Below are positions 18,264 through 27,600 of a stretch of DNA of 64,000 bases, one piece after another. Source of the stretch: an uncultured Planctomycetales bacterium (GTDB lineage: Bacteria; Omnitrophota; Gorgyraeia; Zapsychrales; JBDRMG01); contig CAYZIY010000001.1 of assembly GCA_964478715.1 (NCBI GenBank), positions 149,196-213,195 on the forward strand, read 5' to 3'. The number at the start of each line of letters is the position of its first letter. Position 1 is the first letter of the stretch. Position numbers and translations under genes: made by a program. The notes under the pieces are model-generated. The model did no database searches. It saw nothing but the letters and a program-made list of their open reading frames with translations, and was not told where the DNA came from.

Positions 18264-19172
18264 ATGGAATTTTTGGCGGGATCTCAGAAAAAATTCAATT
18301 CCTATCGCAAGGTTTATGACCGGCAGCCGGCCAGAACAAAGATCCTGATCGGTCTGCTTTTTCTGGCTTTTTGTTTCAGCCTTTTGATAAATTTTGTTTA
18401 CCGGCCCCAGCAAAGGCTTCTTGCCGATTACAGGCAGGAGATAGTCTCTTTGAAAAACAGGCAGTTGGATCTCAAGGCGAGAATACCCGATGTGGAATCG
18501 CAGAGGAAACTTTTGGAAAGAGAGCGTAATGCTTTGAATGTTTTGACCGATGAACTTAAAAATTTGGAGGCGGAACTGCCGCAGCAGGACAGCCTGCCTA
18601 CGCTTTTAGGCGAATTGATCAGGCAGACCAGGGGGGATCTGGTGGAATTTCGCTCGATCAAGCCGATGGAAGTCGGGGAAAAAGAAGCTTATGACCGCAT
18701 GAATATCGAGATGCAATTGACAGCGGATTTTTCAGGCCTGCTGAATTATTCCCGGCGGCTGGAAACAATATTTCCGTTTATGACCATCAATGAAGTAGCC
18801 ATGCAAGAAAGCAGCCAGGAGCGTTTTTCCCGTTTGGATATCAAGCTGGTGGTCTCAACTCTCTTGAATGACAAGACAACCGGCGGAGGAATCAGGGAAT
18901 TGAAAAAAGATCTCGCCTTTGAGGCTGTGATTTTTGAGAATAATCCGTTTGTCTCAAGTGTTTTTCAAAAGACCTCATTAGCCGAGGATCAAGATTATCA
19001 GATCAGCGGCATTATTTATCAAGGGCAGACCCCGACTGTTATTATCAATGACGAAGTCTTCACTGTCGGGGATTATCTCGACGGATATCAGGTGGAGAAG
19101 ATCATGAGAAATTCTGTTATCTTAAGCGATGGGTTCAGTGCCTTTGAACTCAAAATGGAAGAAAATCCGTAA
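18264..19172 (+). CDS. PilO-like protein fused to a C-terminal PilP-like domain
   Basis: TM plus coiled coil (PilO-like) followed by C-terminal YQISGIIYQGQTPTVIINDEVFTVGDYLDGYQVEKI, paralogous to the PilP-like domain at 14.9 kb. Confidence 0.65.
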   Translation: MEFLAGSQKKFNSYRKVYDRQPARTKILIGLLFLAFCFSLLINFVYRPQQRLLADYRQEIVSLKNRQLDLKARIPDVESQRKLLERERNALNVLTDELKNLEAELPQQDSLPTLLGELIRQTRGDLVEFRSIKPMEVGEKEAYDRMNIEMQLTADFSGLLNYSRRLETIFPFMTINEVAMQESSQERFSRLDIKLVVSTLLNDKTTGGGIRELKKDLAFEAVIFENNPFVSSVFQKTSLAEDQDYQISGIIYQGQTPTVIINDEVFTVGDYLDGYQVEKIMRNSVILSDGFSAFELKMEENP

Positions 19173-19206
19173 ATCATTTTAGTCAGTTGCCAAAAAGGAG
19201 TAGATC

Positions 19207-20601
19207 ATGAGAATCATTAAGAATGTTATGTATCTTGCGGCGGCGGTTTTGATCTTGATTGTTGCCCCGATCGCTCTTTGCGCGGATGATCAACAACTGG
19301 TGAGTCTGGATTACAAGGAAGCCAATCTTTCCAGCGTTCTGCGCGCTTTATCTTATTCCTATGATTTGAATCTGGTGGCCACCAGAGATGTGACCGGAAC
19401 GGTGACGGTGAATCTGCGCGATGTGACGGTGGATGAAGCGCTTCAAGCGATTTTAAGTGTTAACGGTTATGCTTTTACCCGCAAGGGGAATCTTATTTAT
19501 ATCACGCCGGGGCCGGGGACGGAAGGGATCGATTTGGCGACCGAATCGATCCGTCTGAGCTATTTGACCGCGGCCGAGGCCCAGCGTCTCTTGGGGCGGG
19601 TGATTTCCGGCAAAGGCGATATCCAGATCAATGAGGCGACCAATAGTTTAGTGATCACGGACTTTCCGGCCAGTATTCAAAAGGTGAAAGAGGTTCTTGT
19701 CTCCATTGATGTGGCGCCGGCGCAGGTTTTGATCGAATCTAAGATCGTCGATATACAGGATAAGGCCTATGAAAACTTCGGGACGACCTACACATTAACC
19801 TATGATCCCAAGGGATCGACGCCGGGTTTGTTTGACCGGGTCACCAGTTATGATGAATCAATGAGTTCAACAACGACCCTGGCCGGACCGTCTTCGGCAT
19901 TATCCGGCGGGCAGTTTACCTTAACCACCACCATGAAAGATTTCGAGGCAACCGCTACGCTTGATGCGCTGATTCAGGCTAATCAGGCGCGCCTCTTGGC
20001 CTCACCTTCTATTGCGACTCTAAACGGCAAAGAGGCGCGCATTATTATCGGTGAGAAATTTCCCTATAAAGAAAAAACGCAAACCACAACCGGCACCACC
20101 GAAACCACGCGTTTTATCGATGTGGGGACAACTTTAAAAGTTACACCGATGGTTTCACCCGACGGTTGGATCACGATGAATGTGCACCCGGAGGTGTCTT
20201 CGGTGTCGGCCGCGCTTGATGCCGGGCCGCGGATCACCACCCGCGAGGCCGATGCGACCGTGCGGGTAGCCAACGGGCAGACGATTATCATCGGCGGTTT
20301 GATTAATCGCAAAGACGATAAAATCAAAGGCGGGATTCCGTTTCTGCGGGCGATTCCCGTGATCGGGTTTCTGTTTTCCAAACGCAGCAGTGATTTCGAG
20401 GAGACCGAGCTGACGGTTTTTATCACACCCTATATTATCAAGAATCCCCGGCAGATTGCTCAAAAAGATCAGATTTCTTCTCAGGAGGTCTTTTTTGATG
20501 TGAGTCGGGCCGATTATTTACAGAAGGATGCGTATCTGAATCTTCGGGTGATGGAGAAAAAAGAAAAGAATCTGGAAATCGAGACGCAGAGAGCGCAATA
20601 A
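19207..20601 (+). CDS. Secretin (PilQ/GspD family) outer-membrane channel
   Basis: Signal peptide, N-domains, conserved secretin core LLASPSIATLNGKEARIIIGEKFPY ... GGLINRKDDKIKGGIPFLRAIPVIGFLF. Confidence 0.9.
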   Translation: MRIIKNVMYLAAAVLILIVAPIALCADDQQLVSLDYKEANLSSVLRALSYSYDLNLVATRDVTGTVTVNLRDVTVDEALQAILSVNGYAFTRKGNLIYITPGPGTEGIDLATESIRLSYLTAAEAQRLLGRVISGKGDIQINEATNSLVITDFPASIQKVKEVLVSIDVAPAQVLIESKIVDIQDKAYENFGTTYTLTYDPKGSTPGLFDRVTSYDESMSSTTTLAGPSSALSGGQFTLTTTMKDFEATATLDALIQANQARLLASPSIATLNGKEARIIIGEKFPYKEKTQTTTGTTETTRFIDVGTTLKVTPMVSPDGWITMNVHPEVSSVSAALDAGPRITTREADATVRVANGQTIIIGGLINRKDDKIKGGIPFLRAIPVIGFLFSKRSSDFEETELTVFITPYIIKNPRQIAQKDQISSQEVFFDVSRADYLQKDAYLNLRVMEKKEKNLEIETQRAQ

Positions 20602-20603
20602 CG

Positions 20604-21827
20604 ATGCCGCAATACGTTTATAAGGCCAGAGATAATGAAGGGTTGCCGATCCGCGGGGCGGTGGATGCGGTCAGTGAGCTGGCGGTGGTGACTAATCTCA
20701 GGAGTTTGGGCTATCGGGTCGTCTATATCGAGGAACAAAGCGAGGCGAAACGTCTTTGGCAGGACTTGCTTAAAAGGATGAGCCGCATCACCCAGGCTGA
20801 AGTCATCCTTTTTACCCGTCAGCTTTCATCTATGCTTAAAAGCGGTCTGCCGATTACAGACGCTTTGACCAGTTTGATTCAGCAAAGCAAGAATGAAACT
20901 TTTGTTCGCGTGCTTCAAAACGTGCTTAAAGATATAGAGAAAGGCGAGAGTTTTTCCCAGGCTTTGAGCCATCATCCGCGGGTTTTTAACACGCTGTATG
21001 TCAATATGGTTAAAGCCGGAGAGACAGCGGGCGTGCTGCATGAAGTCTTGGATCGACTGGTTGTTTTAAAGACTCAGGAGATGGATGCCCTGATGCGGGT
21101 TCGCTCGGCCATGGTTTATCCGGTGATTCTGGTAACGGCGGCTATTTTTATCGTCGGTTTTCTGATGGCTGTGATTATCCCCAAGTTCGTGGTGATTTTT
21201 GAAACCTATGAAGCCAAGCTTCCTCTGGCCACCCGGGTGTTGATGGGCTTGAGTTTCGCGTTAAAAGATTTCTGGTTTGTTTTTTTGCTGGTTATGGCTT
21301 TGGGCGTTTTCTGGTTTAAGAGATATACGCAGGATGAAGAGGGGCGCTACCAGTTTCATCATTTATTGATCAAGCTTCCGGTCTTTGGAGATTTTTATGT
21401 CAAGATGATCGTCGCCCGCTTTACCCGGATTTTGGGCGTGCTGGTGCGCAGCGGCGTTACGATTTTGGAGGCTCTGGCCGTGACGGAAAAAACGATCAAC
21501 AATGTGGTGATCTCCCGTGTGATCGAAAAGATTCATGTCGCGGTCAGCGAAGGGCAGTCTTTGAGCGAACCGTTTCAGGCCAGCGGGATTTTTCCTCCGA
21601 TGGTGATTCAGATGATCACCGTCGGGGAAAAAAGCGGACGCATGGATCAAATGCTCGCGGAAATTTCCGCCTATTACGATCAGGAGACTGAATATATCAT
21701 CAAGAATGTGACAACCATTTTAGAGCCGGTGTTATTGCTGACGATGGGGGGATTAGTGGCCTTTATCGCGCTGGCGGTTTTGTTGCCGATTTTTAACCTG
21801 ATAAAAGTTTTTCGCGGAGGGATTTAA
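20604..21827 (+). CDS. PilC/GspF-family inner-membrane platform protein (copy 2)
   Basis: Paralog of 8834-10048 with the same two-repeat architecture. Confidence 0.88.
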   Translation: MPQYVYKARDNEGLPIRGAVDAVSELAVVTNLRSLGYRVVYIEEQSEAKRLWQDLLKRMSRITQAEVILFTRQLSSMLKSGLPITDALTSLIQQSKNETFVRVLQNVLKDIEKGESFSQALSHHPRVFNTLYVNMVKAGETAGVLHEVLDRLVVLKTQEMDALMRVRSAMVYPVILVTAAIFIVGFLMAVIIPKFVVIFETYEAKLPLATRVLMGLSFALKDFWFVFLLVMALGVFWFKRYTQDEEGRYQFHHLLIKLPVFGDFYVKMIVARFTRILGVLVRSGVTILEALAVTEKTINNVVISRVIEKIHVAVSEGQSLSEPFQASGIFPPMVIQMITVGEKSGRMDQMLAEISAYYDQETEYIIKNVTTILEPVLLLTMGGLVAFIALAVLLPIFNLIKVFRGGI

Positions 21828-21840
21828 AGGAAGCCCGGAT

Positions 21841-22446
21841 TTGCAAGACGAAGTGAACGCAAGCCTGTCGGCTGACTTGATTCCGTTTCTTACGGCGGGC
21901 GGGATAAGAGGAGAAAGGAAATTCAAGAATATGAATAATTCAAGAAATAGAAAAGCGGGTTTGGCGGGTCAATGTTTCTCGTGTAGTCCCCAAAACGCGG
22001 GCCGGATGCAGGGGTTTACCCTCATCGAAATTCTCATAGTGATCAGCATCATTGCCATTTTGGCTTCAACGATTATTCCCAATTTTGTCGGCTTTGATGC
22101 TGAAGCCCGTGTTTCGGCCACCCGGACCAATCTGGAGTCGATCCGCACCCGGATTAATTTATTCAGGGCCAAGGAAGGACGCTACCCTGATTCGCTGGGA
22201 GAGTTGACGACTACAACCTACAATGACGTGGGTGTAAAGAAGGCCTACCTGAGGAAGATCCCGTCCGAGACGATCAGTAGTTCACGGGGCAATAATGATT
22301 ATGCGGATCAAACGCAAGAAGAGACTTTAGGCGGGACCGGCGGATGGATTTATTTCACCGATACCGCCGAGGTGAAGGTCAATGTAGCCAAAGAGCTGGG
22401 GCGGCGGTGGGGAGATTATGCTGATGAAATTCCTTCAGAATGGTAA
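21841..22446 (+). CDS. GspG-like pseudopilin / pilin with prepilin-type N-terminus
   Basis: MQG/FTLIEILIVISIIAILASTIIPNF with E+5, GspG-like following region. Annotated start gives a long leader; the true start may be an internal Met such as 21931. Confidence 0.8.
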   Translation: MQDEVNASLSADLIPFLTAGGIRGERKFKNMNNSRNRKAGLAGQCFSCSPQNAGRMQGFTLIEILIVISIIAILASTIIPNFVGFDAEARVSATRTNLESIRTRINLFRAKEGRYPDSLGELTTTTYNDVGVKKAYLRKIPSETISSSRGNNDYADQTQEETLGGTGGWIYFTDTAEVKVNVAKELGRRWGDYADEIPSEW

Positions 22447-22819
22447 AAGCAAAAAGGAAAACAGCAAATTGAATGAGGAGAATGGCACCATTCTTTTGAC
22501 GACCCTTATTGTATTGATTTTTGCAACGGTCTTAGGGATGAGCCTGATGGTTTTTCTGATGTCGCGAACGAGAGCCGGCACGCTGGAGCTGGCCCGTCTT
22601 GAGGCTCTGTATCTGGCAGAAGCGGGTATCGCCGCTTCTATTTTTGAATTGAGAAATGATATCGATCCCGACGGAAACGGCGTAGGAAATATCAGGGCTC
22701 GTTCATTGGGTGAGGGGACCTGTTGGGCTGTTCATGATTTTGCGACTTCCACCATTGTGGGCACAGGCGAGATGAATCAGGTTCAGCGTTTTATCCAGAT
22801 CAAATACAGCGCGCTTTAG
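22418..22819 (+). CDS. PilX-N-domain-like small pilus-associated protein
   Basis: TM segment ILLTTLIVLIFATVLGMSLMVFL followed by EALYLAEAGIA (PilX_N-like). Confidence 0.5.
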   Translation: MLMKFLQNGKSKKENSKLNEENGTILLTTLIVLIFATVLGMSLMVFLMSRTRAGTLELARLEALYLAEAGIAASIFELRNDIDPDGNGVGNIRARSLGEGTCWAVHDFATSTIVGTGEMNQVQRFIQIKYSAL

Positions 22820-22832
22820 GTAAGGATGACTC

Positions 22833-24641
22833 ATGGTTGAAAAAAGACGATTGCTGGGAGAATATTTAATCGAGCAGGGGATTATCAGTCCCGACCAGCT
22901 CAAGACGGCGATCGAGGAGGGCAAGCGCTCGAATCGCAAGATCGGGGACGTGCTGATCAAGCTGGGTTACGCCAAGGAAGACGATATTGTAAAGGCCTTA
23001 AGCGAGCAGTTGGGGATTCCCTTTATCGATGTCGACACCTACCAGTTTGATCCTGCAAGCGTGGCTTTGATTCCTTTTGATGCGGCTTTTAAGTTGCGCG
23101 TGATCGGGGTTTACCAAATCGCGAATTCTCTGACCGTGGCCATGACCGACCCGCTCAATGTCACGGTGATCGACGAGCTCGAGAAGCTGACGGGGCTGAC
23201 GATCAACCCTGTTTTTGCCACCCCGACGGGAATCAAAAAAGCGATTCAGAAATATTACTCTCGCGCGGGGTCCTCTGCGACCGGTTTGGGTGTGTCGGGG
23301 GGCTCGGGTACTGCGGCCACTTCGGACTCTGCGGAAACGCTGGACATTTCGGGTGCTTCAGGTACTTCGGGTGTTTCAGGAGTAGCAGACGCGACTGGCG
23401 AGGCTGGCGCGGCTAAAACGGGCGGAATCTCCGCCGGCCGAAGCGACGACTTACCGAAACTAAGAGAACAGGCCGCCCAGGCGCCTGTGATCAAGCTGGT
23501 CAATAAAATCATCGAAGACGCCGTAACGCTTAAGGCCAGCGACGCGCACTTAGAGCCGCAGGACAAGCGATTTCTCTGCCGCTACCGGGTCGACGGAATT
23601 TTGCAGGATTTTATTGAACTGAAAAAAGACCTGGAGCTGGCCACGATCTCACGAATCAAAATCATGGCCAACATCAACATTGCCGAAAAGCGCCTGCCTC
23701 AGGACGGCCGGATTCAAACTCAGGTGAAAGGCAAAGAGATCGATTTGAGAGTGGCCACCTTTCCTACTATTCACGGAGAGCACGTGGCGATTCGCGTTTT
23801 AGATAAATCGACCGGGATACTCAGTTTAGACGAACTGGGTCTGAAAGGGGATCTCTTGAGACAATTTCAGTCTTTGATCACCAAACCGCACGGGCTGTTT
23901 CTGGTGACCGGTCCCACCGGAAGCGGAAAATCCACGACCTTGTATTCGGTTTTGAACACCGTCAATGACAAAAAGAAAAATATTATCACGCTCGAAGATC
24001 CGGTGGAGTACACGATTGAGTATATTCATCAGTCGCAGGTCAATGTAAAAGCCGGTTTGACTTTTGCCGTGGGTTTGCGCTCGATTGTCCGCCTGGATCC
24101 CGACATTATTATGATCGGAGAAATCCGGGACCGGGAGACGGCCGAAATCGCCATTCACGCGGCTTTAACCGGGCACCTGGTTTTCTCGACGCTTCACACA
24201 AATGACGCGCCCAGCGCCTGCGCCCGTCTGATCAATATCGGCTTGGAGTCTTATCTGTTGGCCAGTTCCCTGACCGGCGTGGTGGCCCAGCGGCTGGTCA
24301 GAAAATTGTGCGATCAATGCAAAAAACCTCACAAGCCTGAGCCCCGGGAAATTGAAAGTCTCGGGATGAATCCGTCCGATTTTCAAAACGCACAGATCTT
24401 CCGGGAAAACGGTTGCAAGGCCTGCCGGCAGACCGGCTACAGCGGACGGATCGGTATCTTTGAGATTCTTGTTCCCAATGAAAAAATACGCACACTGATT
24501 ACCCAAAAGGCCTCTTCCAAAGACCTGATGAAAGAAGCCAGGACCTTAAATATGACAACCCTGCTGGAAGACGGTATAGAAAAAATCCGCCTAGGAATCA
24601 CATCGATTTCGGAAATTTTAAGGATTACCGAAGAATCATAA
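22833..24641 (+). CDS. GspE/PilB-family secretion ATPase (copy 2) with MshEN-like N-terminal tandem motifs and a G/S/A/T-rich linker
   Basis: Walker A GPTGSGKSTT, tetracysteine CDQC...CKAC; N-terminal tandem RLLGEYLIEQGII...Q and RKIGDVLIKLGYA...Q motifs; low-complexity insert about 23265-23450. Confidence 0.9.
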   Translation: MVEKRRLLGEYLIEQGIISPDQLKTAIEEGKRSNRKIGDVLIKLGYAKEDDIVKALSEQLGIPFIDVDTYQFDPASVALIPFDAAFKLRVIGVYQIANSLTVAMTDPLNVTVIDELEKLTGLTINPVFATPTGIKKAIQKYYSRAGSSATGLGVSGGSGTAATSDSAETLDISGASGTSGVSGVADATGEAGAAKTGGISAGRSDDLPKLREQAAQAPVIKLVNKIIEDAVTLKASDAHLEPQDKRFLCRYRVDGILQDFIELKKDLELATISRIKIMANINIAEKRLPQDGRIQTQVKGKEIDLRVATFPTIHGEHVAIRVLDKSTGILSLDELGLKGDLLRQFQSLITKPHGLFLVTGPTGSGKSTTLYSVLNTVNDKKKNIITLEDPVEYTIEYIHQSQVNVKAGLTFAVGLRSIVRLDPDIIMIGEIRDRETAEIAIHAALTGHLVFSTLHTNDAPSACARLINIGLESYLLASSLTGVVAQRLVRKLCDQCKKPHKPEPREIESLGMNPSDFQNAQIFRENGCKACRQTGYSGRIGIFEILVPNEKIRTLITQKASSKDLMKEARTLNMTTLLEDGIEKIRLGITSISEILRITEES

Positions 24642-24655
24642 GACCACAGGAATGC

Positions 24656-27600
24656 ATGAAGATCAACAACTGCCGCTTAATGTATTGCTTGCTCAGCCGA
24701 CCCTGCGGTTGCAGAAATGCTTTTTGTCGGCTTTGGCCCCGATTATTTATGGCAGGGGCTGTCTTGCTTTTGATCTCTTTGTGCCTGCCTGAAAATCTTT
24801 ACGCTTACTTGACCGGTGACGCGTGGGATTACGAGCAACAGATCACGGTCACCAATCCCAATGCCGCGTCGCTCAGCAATTACCAGATTCTTGTCGCATT
24901 CGACAGCGCATCCTTGATTACGGCCGGACAGATGGCCGCAGACGGCCGGGATCTGCGATTTACCTCAGCGCAGAATGACGACGCGACCCTGTTGGATTAC
25001 TGGATCGAATCCGGCACGATCAATACGGATGCCACCTATGTTTGGGTTAAGGTGCCTTCACTGGCGGCCTCATCATCCGCGAACATTTACATGTATTACG
25101 GCAACGGAGCCGCACCCGCAGTCAGTTCGCTTGTCTCAACTTTCCGTTCCAGCGATCTCTTTTTATTGACAACCCGTGCCACCGACCAGACCCTGGCCGG
25201 CTACACGGATAATCACGATGAATTTGACGAAATTATTACGCGCATCGGGACGCCCGATTTCGCCGTAGACGGTTCCGGCTATGTGAATGCGGTCAATCAC
25301 AATGCGAATCCCTACGGCAGTTCGGAATACTATTTTTCCCGGTACCGTTTCTTATTTGTCCCTTCTTTAACAGGCACATATTATTTTGGGACCAATTCTG
25401 ACGATGCTTCCGAAATCCTGATCAACAGCGCCGATCAGGACTTAACGCATAATGTGATCGCTTCCTGGTACGGCGGGCATGGAATATCCGGCAGTTTTAA
25501 TCACAACAGTCCGGTTTCTTTAAACGCCGGCTACGGCTATTGGATCGAATACCGGATGACCGAATGGCGCGGCGGGCAGCTCAGCCGGATGGGCATTTTG
25601 CCGCCGGCCGGTTCGTGGCAGATCGTTAACAGCACCAATTTTAGCGGACAGCTGTTCGCCCGAGAGTATGCCGACCAAGAACCGACGGTCAGTTTTCCGC
25701 CTTCCAAACTGGTCTTTACAACCAGCGAGCAAACTATTAATACAGACGGCGTTTCGGGTGTGATCACCATTGAGACTCAGGATCAATTCAGCCATGTGGC
25801 GGTCGCTTCAGCTGATACCGCCATCACGCTAAGCTCGAACTCTTCAACAGGCCAATTTAGCTTAACGGCGGATCCGTTTACGCCTGTCAGTTCCGCGATC
25901 ATTTCTTCCGGTGAAAGTTCTGTCAATCTTTATTATCGCGACAGTTCTTCGGGAACTTTTACCATTTCCGTTTCATCAGCCGGCTTGACCCCGGCGAGTC
26001 AGACAATGAATGTGCAGAATCTAAGCGCGCAGTGGGACCATCGGATTCCCGTTATTATCAATAATGCGGATTGCACTGACGCGCTTAACGATTATCAGGT
26101 TTTAGTGACATTAAACACAGCCGCGATTATCGCCCAGGGAAACATGCAGGCCGACGGAGCGGATATCCGTTTTACGGATTCCGATGACGCGACCTATTTA
26201 TCCTACTGGATCGAATCCGATACCATCAATTCGTCTGATACCTATATTTGGGTAAAAGTTCCCTCCGTCCCGGCTTCGGCGAGCAAGACGATTTATTTAT
26301 ACTACGGAAATGCTTCCGCTACTGAGGTTAGCTCCATTTCTCAGACTTTTAGCGCGGATCAGATCTATTTGTTAACCACGCGCGCTACGGACAGCGGTCT
26401 GGTTGGCTATAGCGACGATCACTCGGAATTTGACCAGATTGTCGACAGGATCGGGCAAGCTGGCTTCACTATTGACGGTACAGGGTATGTCGAGCGCATC
26501 GATCATAATGCCAATCCGTTTGGAAGCGATGAATATTATTTTTCCCGCTACCGTTTTCTCTTTACGCCTGCGGTAACCGGCGAATACTATTTCGGCACCG
26601 ACAGCGACGACGCTTCCGAGATTTTGGTTAACCGCGCGGACGAAGACCAGGCGCACAATGTGATCGCTTCCTGGTACGGCGGGCACGGCACGGCCGGTAA
26701 TTTCAACCATAATGGGGCTGTGAATCTGGAGGCGGACAAAGGCTATTGGGTCGAATACCGCATGACCGAATGGCGCGGCGGGCAGCTCAGCCGGATGGGT
26801 GTTTTGGAACCGGGTTCCTCCTTTAAAACACTGACCGCGGATAATTTTCCGGGGCAAATCTTCACGCGGAAATACTCAACCTGTCTGCCGAGCTCAACCG
26901 AGCAATTTCCGATCACCCGGATTGCCTTTATATCTCCATCGCAATCCATCTATGAAGATCGGGTTTCAAATCAGATAACGATCGAGACGCAGGATGTAAA
27001 CGGGGATCCGGTCGCGGTCACAGAAGACACAACGATCAATCTGCAAACGACATCTTCGAAAGGAGAATTCAGTCTTAATGAGTCACCGTTTCTTGCCGTT
27101 CATTCCGTTACGATCAGCGCCGATTCAAGCAGCGCGAGTTTTTATTACCGGGACCGTGAAGCAGGCTCCTATACCTTAAGCGCATTGGAGTCTCCCGGTC
27201 GCGGCTGGGACGACGGCCAGCAGACTATTGAAGTTCTTGTTTTTGATTATATCGGAAGCTACCAATATCCCGTGACGATCACCAATCCCAACGCTGAGGA
27301 TCTATCCGATTGCCAGGTGAAAGTGACCGTGGACACGGCAAGCTTGATTGCAGAAGGGAAAATGCTGGCCGATGGCTCGGATATCCGCTTTACCGACGAG
27401 GACGATGCGACGCTGTTGTCTTATTGGATCGAATCCGATACAATGAACACCGCGCAAACTTATCTGTGGGTCAGAGTTCCGTTTCTTGCGTCTTTATCCA
27501 ATAAAACCATCTATATGTATTACGGTAATCCAGGGGCAGCCGCGGTCAGTTCGATAGCTTCGACATTTCAAGAGGACCAGATTTATCTGACGACCACCCG

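Noticed and set aside
23255-23566. Minus-strand 103-aa Ala/Pro/Glu-rich ORF inside the second pilus ATPase gene
   Set aside because: It is the antisense of the G/S/A/T-rich low-complexity linker of the ATPase, a compositional artefact.
26372-26857. Minus-strand ORFs 26372-26857 and 27494-27928 that share a long identical peptide
   Set aside because: They lie antisense to the giant + strand gene. Their identity is just the reverse complement of the 300-bp perfect repeat. There are no independent coding signals.
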